Shown here: positions 55,697-64,000 of the stretch, in pieces | How the letters are laid out: each line of letters starts with the position of its first letter | How positions within the stretch are numbered: the first letter of the stretch is position 1 | Virus record (IMG/VR): IMGVR_UViG_3300032007_000014 | DNA: 64,000 nucleotides | Reading direction: 5' to 3' (one strand) | Source of the DNA: a virus | Lineage: Duplodnaviria > Caudoviricetes | Made by a program: the position numbers and the translations under genes | The notes under the pieces: model-generated | What the model was told of the DNA's origin: nothing | The model's database searches: none | Seen by the model: only the letters and a program-made list of their open reading frames with translations

Positions 55697-58270
55697 TTAA
55701 CCAACGCAGATCATGTACCATGAAGAACCATCGGATTCTAGTGGTATGTAAGTCACGTTGCTGTTTGTAAGGGTTGCAGCGTAACTGTACGAACCCCACA
55801 CGATGTTTACAGTTCCTGCACCGTGAACTTCGACATTCACTCGACATCCATCCATGACGGATGTTGGTGCCGGAAGTGTAACGGTGATAGTTCCAGATGC
55901 GTTCGTGCACTTGATGGTCGGTTCACAGTATTTGAGATATCCTTGTATGGTAGCCGCAGTGACATTTGAAGCTGTCTGGAACGTACGTTTTGTTTTCGCA
56001 AAACGAGTCCACGCGTACCATGTGGTTGATCCGTATCTTGTACGATACCACATGTTGTTGTAGCTATCCTTGCTGATCAGGATCTGCACGAGAACTGTGT
56101 CATTCTGTCCGCCTGCTGCAGTTGCTGATCCAGAAATTGTTGATTCTGTTATAACAATGACAGTAGACCGCTGAGCAACACCACCACCATCCTGAATCGG
56201 ACCATGGGTGCATGATTGTACATCATAGATACCAGTGGTGGTGAGCGTGTCCAAATCAACGGCATTGTTTCCATTGTTTCTTGCAGCACCGTACAAAAGA
56301 CCTTTTGCCTGCAATGCAGATGCCAACTTATTCAATGCATTGATTGATGGAGCACGATTGATTATTCCAGTCATGCCGACATAATTGGAGCCATTTGAAG
56401 CAGTGAGTTGTATAGCGTGTTCTCCATTTGTGTCGGTATAGTAGAAGACTTCTCCATAATAACTGGAAATATTCGAACTCGTGAGAGTCACGTAGCTGTG
56501 GTAACTCTGAATGAGTTCTCGTTTGAGCATATACTGCTTATGGACATCATTGCTTCCATATGCATTTTGCGAAATATGTCCATTTGCATAGACGTACAGA
56601 TCGTAAACTGCTTTTGCAGAAGCAATCTTGCCATTTGCATTGGAACCAGAAGCAGGTAATGTTGTGGTTGCAGCATCGTATGAAGTGCTGTATGTGTTAA
56701 CCACCTGACTCCATGGGATATACTGACGATGCGCTGCATCGTGAGTGTTAGCAGTCCATGTTTTTGAAGTGGAACTTCCGGTGTGATCAGTCAGTCTTGT
56801 ATTGACTGCATTAAAGTTCGGCAATGTGTAGCTGTTGTACAGATCGTACACTGCTTTCGCTGATGCAACTTCACCGTAATACGTGGTGCGAATATTCGCA
56901 TCACTCGGTGTAGACGGTTCACTCTTCGCAACGTCGTACGTGTTGACAACTTTGCTCCACTGCACGTACTGCGGGTGTGCGAAGTCACTTCTGTTTGCAG
57001 TCCATGTCTGTTTCGTTGCACTTCCAGTGTGATCCGATACGAGATCAATGATGAAGTTGTCACGTTGATCAACGTATATTTCCAGATCAACAACTGCTTT
57101 GGTAGAAGCAGGCGTGTCCTTCATTTCCTTCAGGTGAACAGAAGTACTCCACCTGCCACCTTGACTGTCAAGTGCTGATTTGTCGTGCCAACTGGCGTTC
57201 AGTTCATCATCCCTGAGATACATTGCGTGTTCATCAGGAGTGAATGTTACTGTAACACTCGATGCTACTGGTCCAGCAAAGGTGACGACATCACCAGCAT
57301 TGACTGCACGGATCTTCGCGCCATTGTTGACAGAATTGACACGTAGTGCACCACTAAGATAATTCCCATTCGCATCCTTGGCGTAGATGTATCCAGCTTG
57401 AGGAACAACATAGGAACCATTTGATCTGATGACACTTGCAACATTGGTCTGATCAGCAAGTCTGTGCTCTGCGAGTTGCAGTTGCAATGCACTGATCACT
57501 CCATCGTAATTCTGGAGCGTATCCATCTTCCATTCATAGATGGGATTTGCTGTGGTTGATCCTTCAGCATCCACGATCTCGAACAGATAGATCATTCCAC
57601 CAATGTAGTTGCCATTGATGTCAATGTCAGGTGCTGTCTGTTGTTCATAGGTGTCTGCACCAGATTTGAACAAGACTTTACCATGACCTCCCCATTGTTC
57701 CAGTCCGATCTTCGTTCCAAGACTGTATTGACTTGGATTCGGCAACTCCAGTTGGTAGTCACCGAATGACTCATACATGGTGTTGGGAAGAGCATATTTG
57801 TAATTGGCATCTGAGTTGGATGATACGATATTGCGATCGATGATCTTTCTGATCATGTTACCACCAAGGGTGTTCCAAGGTGACCATGTGATCGTACCAC
57901 CAGCTGTTGCTGAATATCCAACACGAGTGTAAGGTGTTGGATCGTTGACATTGTCTGGGTACACGATCTGTCTGATACGAGGTATTGCAGAAGATTCCTG
58001 ATTGACCGCATGGTATACAGACATGACGTGGATGTAACCAGTTGGATCCGATATCGGAGGTCCATTCACGATCGTGCTATCAACACGACGAAAACATGCT
58101 TCTGTGATGCTGTTGAGATCTGTGTTACTCGCAAGTGGTTCACCTTTGAACAGGTTACCCATGGCATACATGGTGACGCCAGTCTTTTGCTTCGTAAGAT
58201 TATCAGCATTCATCACATGCACATCATCACTCATGTTGGTCACGAGAGGTGATTTCATGGATTGATTCAT
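55697..58270 (-). CDS. Tail fibre protein
   Basis: 857 aa; HPQY/HRQY/HKQY and ASAKAVYDLY repeats; DLDTLTTTGIY...W..W knob motif. Confidence 0.75.
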   Translation of the reverse strand: MNQSMKSPLVTNMSDDVHVMNADNLTKQKTGVTMYAMGNLFKGEPLASNTDLNSITEACFRRVDSTIVNGPPISDPTGYIHVMSVYHAVNQESSAIPRIRQIVYPDNVNDPTPYTRVGYSATAGGTITWSPWNTLGGNMIRKIIDRNIVSSNSDANYKYALPNTMYESFGDYQLELPNPSQYSLGTKIGLEQWGGHGKVLFKSGADTYEQQTAPDIDINGNYIGGMIYLFEIVDAEGSTTANPIYEWKMDTLQNYDGVISALQLQLAEHRLADQTNVASVIRSNGSYVVPQAGYIYAKDANGNYLSGALRVNSVNNGAKIRAVNAGDVVTFAGPVASSVTVTFTPDEHAMYLRDDELNASWHDKSALDSQGGRWSTSVHLKEMKDTPASTKAVVDLEIYVDQRDNFIIDLVSDHTGSATKQTWTANRSDFAHPQYVQWSKVVNTYDVAKSEPSTPSDANIRTTYYGEVASAKAVYDLYNSYTLPNFNAVNTRLTDHTGSSTSKTWTANTHDAAHRQYIPWSQVVNTYSTSYDAATTTLPASGSNANGKIASAKAVYDLYVYANGHISQNAYGSNDVHKQYMLKRELIQSYHSYVTLTSSNISSYYGEVFYYTDTNGEHAIQLTASNGSNYVGMTGIINRAPSINALNKLASALQAKGLLYGAARNNGNNAVDLDTLTTTGIYDVQSCTHGPIQDGGGVAQRSTVIVITESTISGSATAAGGQNDTVLVQILISKDSYNNMWYRTRYGSTTWYAWTRFAKTKRTFQTASNVTAATIQGYLKYCEPTIKCTNASGTITVTLPAPTSVMDGCRVNVEVHGAGTVNIVWGSYSYAATLTNSNVTYIPLESDGSSWYMICVG

Positions 58271-58350
58271 TACTGGTTCTCCTTACATTATAAGGGTATT
58301 ATAGTGGTTTAAACTAGTCATAGATATGGTCGGAAGTGCCTTGTTGAAGG

Positions 58351-58383
58351 GAGAACAGAGTACCAAAGAGGTACTCTGTTCTC
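58351..58383. terminator. Hairpin preceding palindromic leader A
   Basis: GAGAACAGAGTACC-AAAGA-GGTACTCTGTTCTC. Confidence 0.55.
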
Positions 58384-58402
58384 ATGAGAATTTGGAACTT
58401 TA

Positions 58403-58430
58403 TCAACATAACTATTCATAGTTATGTTGA
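58403..58430. promoter_or_regulatory. Palindromic leader element A
   Basis: TCAACATAACTAT-TC-ATAGTTATGTTGA, 37 nt before ATG 58468. Confidence 0.65.
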
Positions 58431-58467
58431 AAATTCACAACCAAGAATAACAAGGAGATATCACAAC

Positions 58468-59124
58468 ATGGCATTCCCAACTAAAGTAATTCCATTCTCG
58501 GAAGCATGTGTCACCTGGTTAAATCAGACATATGCACCAAAAATACATGAACATGATCAGTATATGCTGAGAACTGAGAACGCTGGAGGACACGAACCAG
58601 ATTGGGATCATACACTTGTGTTAGAAGGTCCAACTACTTGGAATGCTTATCACAAGACAAATAAAGTATATAAAATCAATGCACCTGGATTCATATTTGT
58701 GACCTTCACAACAAGTCAATTGGATAATGATGACTATCTTGTTTTACTTGCAAGCAAGGAAGATTATCTATATGCTGATGGTACTTATACAGCATGTCAA
58801 AATCATGCTGTAGAATATATGTCCACCACTAGTAATGGTTACGGTCACTCAGCTCAATTTGTACATATCACACCAGGTACATCAACTTACATGAGAATCG
58901 CAGTTGATTCTCCTCCAAATGGAAGACACACTCTATTGTTCATTCCAGATAAAGGATTGACAACACTGCAGTTGAGTGGATGTATTACTTCTATAGATAC
59001 ATCCACATATGACGGAAATAGGGTATTCAGTCGTTTTGATTATAATCCTAGATCAACGTTAAATCAAATCAAAACAAATCTTTTATCGATATTTGCGGGT
59101 GATTGGAGAACAAATTTTGCATGA
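58468..59124 (+). CDS. Fibre-tip/accessory virion protein, paralogue of 59685..60710
   Basis: MAFPTKVIPFSEAC..WLNQTYA..H.H..Y, YKINAPG, PGTSTYMR and IFAGDW are shared with the paralogue; SD AAGGAG. Confidence 0.7.
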   Translation: MAFPTKVIPFSEACVTWLNQTYAPKIHEHDQYMLRTENAGGHEPDWDHTLVLEGPTTWNAYHKTNKVYKINAPGFIFVTFTTSQLDNDDYLVLLASKEDYLYADGTYTACQNHAVEYMSTTSNGYGHSAQFVHITPGTSTYMRIAVDSPPNGRHTLLFIPDKGLTTLQLSGCITSIDTSTYDGNRVFSRFDYNPRSTLNQIKTNLLSIFAGDWRTNFA

Positions 59125-59179
59125 CTTGTGATAACAACCTCATGGGAGTCGTGCGCTCCCATGAGGTAAAATTCACCAA

Positions 59180-59206
59180 TCAACATTGCTATGATAGCAA
59201 TGTTGA
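59180..59206. promoter_or_regulatory. Palindromic leader element C
   Basis: TCAACATTGCTAT-G-ATAGCAATGTTGA, 23 nt before ATG 59230. Confidence 0.65.
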
Positions 59207-59229
59207 ACATAATTGAAAGGGTTGTTATC

Positions 59230-59655
59230 ATGGCAACGTCAGTATCTATGTTGGAAACAAAGTTGAGTCGAGCAACTACAAGATGGATCCTGAACAAATT
59301 TACTTACAATGGAAGCAATGATAATGGATGTTTCAGAATATGTCTTGATGGCTATACTGAACAATGGGGAACTGGAACATCTAACAATGTCACATTCCCT
59401 AAACCATTTCGAGATAATGAACATGTGCATGTTGATGTAACCAGTATATCAAATGACAATTTGATATTTTCAGTACATCATGTTACGAGTACTGGATTCC
59501 AAGTTGATGCAATTAAGATACTTAATTCAATTCCAGTCTCTCTTGCCAATGTTGAAAGTTTTGCATTCATGTGGAAAGCAATTGGATATACGTCAATAGA
59601 CAATCCTGATGGAAATGTATTAGAATCACAAGAAGATACGAGAGGTCCACAATAG
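59230..59655 (+). CDS. Stand-alone tail-fibre C-terminal (lectin-like) domain protein
   Basis: DGYTEQWG....VTFPKPF...STGF...WKAIGY is a widespread fibre-tip domain pattern. Confidence 0.75.
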   Translation: MATSVSMLETKLSRATTRWILNKFTYNGSNDNGCFRICLDGYTEQWGTGTSNNVTFPKPFRDNEHVHVDVTSISNDNLIFSVHHVTSTGFQVDAIKILNSIPVSLANVESFAFMWKAIGYTSIDNPDGNVLESQEDTRGPQ

Positions 59656-59671
59656 GACCTCTCGTATCTTC
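59632..59671. terminator. Hairpin between convergent genes, overlapping the TAG stop of 59230..59655
   Basis: GAAGATACGAGAGGTCC-ACAATA-GGACCTCTCGTATCTTC. Confidence 0.65.
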
Positions 59672-59684
59672 AATCTATCTCTAA

Positions 59685-60710
59685 TCAATATGCTACATTT
59701 GCAGATGCAGTTGGTTGAACAAAAGTTGTCGTCAAGTTGTATGACGCACTTATACGAGCTGAGTTCACTATCCAAGCTATACCATCAGGAGGATCAGCTT
59801 GACCAGTTCCTCTTGGGTCACTCCAATAATAAACAGAGTGATCGCTGTACAAACATATTCTCCAAATTCCATCATACTTGCACATAATGTAATTGGTTCC
59901 ATTGTAGAACCACATTCGGTTGTCTCCAGTTGCTACTGGATCCATCATGTGCAATCGATAACCATTTGACCAATTTCCTGATGTCAAGTATGTTATCTTT
60001 GGTCGAAGTATGTTAGTTTCTTTCAACGTCGTGCCATTGAAATTGTCAGTCCAATCACCTCCAAATATACTACTTCCAAGAGATAAGAGTGATCCAAGTC
60101 CACTGCTGTTGTGAGATGAAATCTGATTCTCACCTCTAGCAACTCTGGTGAAATACGAAGCTTTCGGAATACTTGTTGACAATCCTTTCATCGGGACGAA
60201 CATTAGTTTCATATATGTTGATGGAGTTGACGCATCACATACTCTGAGATATGTTGATGTTCCTGGTAGGATAGGGAATGCGCAATTTGTATACCATTCT
60301 CCATCTACAGTACCATACAGTTTACATCTCTTGTTTGCATAGTGAGGTCTCGTGTAACTTCCAAAATTACTAGCTTGTTGTTGATGACGTACCAAGTATC
60401 CTGGGTGACTTGCAACCAGATACCACCAGTCTATCTCGTCAGCGTATCCATCATAGGTACTTTCAGTCTATAGATATCCAGGAACATTTATCTTGTAAAT
60501 AGTTCCTGGATTGGCCGCCCAGCTTCCATCAGTTGTTTCCATGAACACCATCCTCGTGAAATCAGGCATGCTTGCTGATGGATCAAACAGACCAGTGATG
60601 TCACTCGCTTTCAAGTATTCCGAATGACTGTGATTCTTCAATGCATATGTCTGGTTTAGCCAGTTCTTGCATGCTTGTGAAAGAGGAATAACTTTTGTTG
60701 GAAAAGACAT
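59685..60710 (-). pseudogene. Fibre-tip paralogue interrupted by a single in-frame TAG at 60468-60470 (nonsense allele or read-through)
   Basis: ORFs 60468..60710 and 59685..60395 are in the same frame: ...YKINVPGYL*TESTYDGYADEIDWWYLVAS... Homology with 58468..59124 continues across the stop. Confidence 0.75.
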
Positions 60711-60747
60711 GATGTGTCAACTCCTGTTTTCATAGTTTTCTGTAAAT

Positions 60748-60775
60748 TCAACATTACTATGAATAGTAATGTTGA
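60748..60775. promoter_or_regulatory. Palindromic leader element B
   Basis: TCAACATTACTAT-GA-ATAGTAATGTTGA, 37 nt before the minus-strand ATG at 60710. Confidence 0.65.
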
Positions 60776-60843
60776 CACATCTGTAAAATAAAATCAAGGA
60801 TCTACCTTGCCTAATAAGCAAGGTAGATCCTGTAGAATATGTT

Positions 60844-61233
60844 ATGTACAGGCCAAATTCAAGGCATGTACAAGAGTACATCAGATCATCCAACAATTCA
60901 ATTTCAATATCAAGGAGTAATCAAATGGAACGACTCAACTGTTTGTTTCCAGGTGTGGACTTTGTCCAGTACATCGAACCTGATCTTTCAGAAACCACTG
61001 TTGATGGTGGTACCACGATCATTTACGATCGTTTCACAGAAGGTCTTGGTCTCAATCCAGAAACAGGTGCAATGGATGTGGAAGTACCTGTGTACATCCG
61101 CAAGACAACCATCATTGTTGAAGGAAACGTCACAACCATTCGGAAACAAAAGACGTACGCAAAATGGAGTGAGCGTGAAACAGCCACATACGTGGGTGTG
61201 AACAACGAACTGAAAAAATATTCTGTTCGTTAA
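60844..61233 (+). CDS. Hypothetical protein
   Basis: 129-aa ORF; start uncertain. Confidence 0.55.
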   Translation: MYRPNSRHVQEYIRSSNNSISISRSNQMERLNCLFPGVDFVQYIEPDLSETTVDGGTTIIYDRFTEGLGLNPETGAMDVEVPVYIRKTTIIVEGNVTTIRKQKTYAKWSERETATYVGVNNELKKYSVR

Positions 61234-61282
61234 CTCCATTCCACGGTTCTGGTGTACACTGAGCCGTTTCTACATAAATCAT

Positions 61283-61320
61283 GTTGAAGGGGAGAGCGGA
61301 TATCCGCTCTCCCCTTCAAC
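61283..61320. terminator. Perfect 38-bp palindrome between convergent genes
   Basis: GTTGAAGGGGAGAGCGGAT|ATCCGCTCTCCCCTTCAAC. Confidence 0.7.
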
Positions 61321-61332
61321 GCTTATTGATTG

Positions 61333-61920
61333 TCATCTGGACAGCCAGTCGAACAAAGAGGTGATGAGTTCCTGCACTGAACCAACACGCAGAACAAGTG
61401 CCAACGCCATACCAACAACTGTAACGATGACTCCAAGTTTCCAATGATACTTAGATTGTACATCGTCGTGCTCTTTAAGGGCATTCAGTTCTTTCGCCAC
61501 ATTCTTCTTCAATGTATTGACTTCACCAGATACTTGATTGACCTGATCTTTCAATTGCTTTTCAGATGTATCAATCTCTTTCTTAATGGTGTCAACATGA
61601 TTGAGTGCAGAAAGATATTCGTGATTGTGGTTGAGAGCGAATGATTCGCATTCAGCAATACGATCATTGAGTATTGATATATTGTCGACGATTGCCCTGA
61701 GATGTGCGATGTTGGTGACCAACACATCGGAGATACGTTCAACTCTGGATTCAACTGCAGCTTGATGATCTTTCAAAGCTACCTTTAAATCAGAGAGTTC
61801 AGTGGAGTACTTTTTGTACTCCTCTGATACCGCATCTAACAGTTGTTTATAACTGTTGAGTTCGTTTCTGAGTCCTTCTATTGCCGCTGTCCACTTTTCA
61901 TCATTGATAGATGAATCCAT
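61333..61920 (-). CDS. Coiled-coil protein with C-terminal TM segment
   Basis: Long heptad pattern followed by LGVIVTVVGMALALVL; SD GGAG. Confidence 0.65.
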   Translation of the reverse strand: MDSSINDEKWTAAIEGLRNELNSYKQLLDAVSEEYKKYSTELSDLKVALKDHQAAVESRVERISDVLVTNIAHLRAIVDNISILNDRIAECESFALNHNHEYLSALNHVDTIKKEIDTSEKQLKDQVNQVSGEVNTLKKNVAKELNALKEHDDVQSKYHWKLGVIVTVVGMALALVLRVGSVQELITSLFDWLSR

Positions 61921-61970
61921 GATAGGATATCTCCATTGATTAAAAGTTGCTATCAGCGATCAATCGCACA

Positions 61971-62852
61971 TCATTTCACTTTGTCATAAAGCTTGTTGAT
62001 GTTCAGAACAGTATTGTGCTCAAGTGCAAGTTGTCTTGTAGCAGCCATGCTCTGTGCTTCAAAGACCAGAGCAGTTCCTTTCGCCAGCTCACCAAGAGCC
62101 ATGACATCAGCTTTAGCCATGACTGCGTCGTTGGCCTCGATGATGTTGCAGATGCTCTTGAGAACATTCTCGATACGAGTGACAGAAGCTTCCAGTCCTG
62201 CAATTCCTTGGAGATGGGATTCCATGTCCAGCAGAGCAGATTGAGTCATGCGGAACTCTTCCATGGTCTGGTAGGCTTTCACAAAATCAACATTTGTGAC
62301 AGCACCATCTTTGAAATCGTTCTGACATTTTTCAATCACAGGCTGTGCTGCTTTGATGGTTCTTCCAACCACTGCATTGGCTGATGCAACGAGCTGTCCA
62401 GCTTTGCCATCCTCGCGAGAGAGTGACTTGAACACATTGGTGAATGCAACTTCTGCGGTATTCGCAAGATTGGTTGCATTGAGCTTGTTGTAAGCATCCA
62501 GAATGTCCTGACATCCGACCACATAAACAACGTTCATGTTAGCAGGAACAAACATTTGTTGCTTCATGACTTTGTCAAAAGTGAATCCATTGACAGTCCT
62601 CACTTTCAGAACATTGGAGTTCACAAACTCCCTGAGTTCACTCCTTTTCAGAGCTTTCGGGAATTTGGTGAGGTTAGTTCTGAATGTGTTGAGGATGCCG
62701 ATGAATGAATCCGCGACTGACACGAATGCTCTTCCGAGCACATTACCGTTAAGAGCTTCTTGCGAAGCTTCATCCACATTTGCCACAAAAGCAAGGACTT
62801 CGTCAATGCTGGCGAGATACTCCTGCTTTGTTTTTCCTTCCGTGAATTTCAT
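61971..62852 (-). CDS. Putative head protein (phiKZ-like)
   Basis: N-terminal ASQE-A cleavage-like motif; helical; follows an inner-body gene. Confidence 0.55.
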   Translation of the reverse strand: MKFTEGKTKQEYLASIDEVLAFVANVDEASQEALNGNVLGRAFVSVADSFIGILNTFRTNLTKFPKALKRSELREFVNSNVLKVRTVNGFTFDKVMKQQMFVPANMNVVYVVGCQDILDAYNKLNATNLANTAEVAFTNVFKSLSREDGKAGQLVASANAVVGRTIKAAQPVIEKCQNDFKDGAVTNVDFVKAYQTMEEFRMTQSALLDMESHLQGIAGLEASVTRIENVLKSICNIIEANDAVMAKADVMALGELAKGTALVFEAQSMAATRQLALEHNTVLNINKLYDKVK

Positions 62853-63005
62853 GATTCTTCACCGTTTCGTTATAAAAGTTAAAATAGAAATTCGATTCTA
62901 TCCATGACACAGACTAGTGTATAAAATGGTAAAAGAGGGTTGTGTCCAGGCTTTCACCTGGACACAACCTTCACATTACGAGGCAACGATCTGTCTTACG
63001 ACAGA

Positions 63006-64000
63006 TTATTTCTTCTCACCTTCTCCTTCGCCTTCGGCAGGCTTCGCGGGAGCTTTGGCGGCCTTGACGCAGACATAGGCACTGTAAGCCAGCTTGGTCA
63101 AGCAGGTGTTGCCGAATTTGACCATCTTGTCAGCCTGTGCAGCAACCGCCTTCTTGTTCTTGGCGACAGTCTGCTTCTTCTCATCATCGCCAGCGGCTTT
63201 CGCGGACTTGATGGCTTCAGCATATGCCTTGTCGATGGCGTGGGCCAGTTTCTTCAGGTTCTGATCTGCCAGAGCGCCGAGAGCGATCTTGCAAAGAGCC
63301 TGAGCTTTGCCGGCGTCGTAGCCGAGTTCTGCGAAAGTCTTTTCCTCTTCTTTGAAGGGGAACTCGCCGACTTCCACACCGGCGTCGGTGCGCTTGATGC
63401 CGAGAGCTTCGAGGGTCTTGAACTGACTGTCGATGGACTTGAAGAGAGCTTCACCGACATTACCCAGCTCACCTTTTTCGGCAGCGCCGATGGCCGCGGG
63501 CATGGTGGACTGAACGTTGGCCAGAATTGCAGAGATGGCTTTGAATGCATCGCCGCACTGTTTGGCTTGCGCATAGGTCAGAGCTGTGACCTTCTGGTCT
63601 TTCAGTTCTGCGCCATTCAGCGCGCCCTGATTGGCCTCGATGTACTGTTTGTATTTTTCGTTCTTGTCGAGGATGCGTTTGAACCAATCGACGATCGCCT
63701 TCCAGAGTTTCTCAACACCGGCGATGAACGCATTCCATGCATCACGAGCAAGACCTTCGAGACCGGCGACATACTGACCCTTGAGGGAATCCAGTTCGGA
63801 GACGGACTTGCTCTCGAGGGAAGCAATGCTCAGGGCTTCGAAACCCAGGGCGGTGGACAGATCGCCATTGTGGTCGAAGATTGCCATGTTCGCAGGAACA
63901 CAACCGAACTTCTTGATTGATTCGCAAGCAGATGCGATGTTGTCCATCACAGTCTCTGCTTCCGCAGTGCACGCTTCCGCGGCATACAGGTTCTCAACCG
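63006..64000 (-). CDS. Internal head (inner-body family) protein, 5' end beyond the window
   Basis: Frame is open to the window edge; SLE, GLE and GFE motifs followed by WNAFIAGVEKLWKAIVDWFKRIL; paralogue of 51948..53135; strongly biased codons. Confidence 0.75.
   Translation of the reverse strand, partial: VENLYAAEACTAEAETVMDNIASACESIKKFGCVPANMAIFDHNGDLSTALGFEALSIASLESKSVSELDSLKGQYVAGLEGLARDAWNAFIAGVEKLWKAIVDWFKRILDKNEKYKQYIEANQGALNGAELKDQKVTALTYAQAKQCGDAFKAISAILANVQSTMPAAIGAAEKGELGNVGEALFKSIDSQFKTLEALGIKRTDAGVEVGEFPFKEEEKTFAELGYDAGKAQALCKIALGALADQNLKKLAHAIDKAYAEAIKSAKAAGDDEKKQTVAKNKKAVAAQADKMVKFGNTCLTKLAYSAYVCVKAAKAPAKPAEGEGEGEKK

Noticed and set aside
58468-60710. Diversity-generating retroelement or Gin-type tail fibre swapping via the shared N-termini
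   Set aside because: There is no reverse transcriptase or recombinase in the window. The shared 5' ends differ at many synonymous positions, unlike an adenine-specific TR/VR pair or an identical crossover repeat.
1-64000. Genome-wide TAG reassignment (genetic code 15)
   Set aside because: Long genes read through intact under code 11 and only one in-frame TAG was found, so general recoding is not supported.
1-64000. CRISPR arrays, tRNA or rRNA genes
   Set aside because: No regularly spaced direct repeats or cloverleaf/T-loop signatures were seen by eye; a tRNAscan run would be needed to exclude tRNAs fully.

Overview
This 64-kb window is part of a divergent phiKZ-like jumbo phage genome, probably a nucleus-forming phage of the Chimalliviridae type. 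The minus strand (about 16.8-42.7 kb) carries the phiKZ gp54-gp75 core block in recognisable order: chimallin, non-virion RNAP beta' N-half, SbcD-like nuclease, gp66/gp67-like proteins, gp68-like specificity subunit, PicA/Imp1-like protein, gp70-like protein, RNAP beta C-half, beta' C-half and an SF2 helicase. The flanks hold tail/head fibre genes, small early accessory genes, baseplate/neck genes, a DnaB-like helicase and inner-head proteins. The best-supported surprise is that the catalytic beta' gene is split by three group I introns. One 18-nt micro-exon encodes PNADFD of the NADFDGD active site, and the ORF track misses it. Other leads are a 59-aa prepilin-like peptide, covarying palindromic leaders in front of fibre-tip genes (one gene has an in-frame amber codon), two possible PicA paralogues, a u-spanin-like lipoprotein and an SSB-type acidic tail on the gp67-position protein. 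All family assignments come from motif recognition and gene order by eye; no database search was run.
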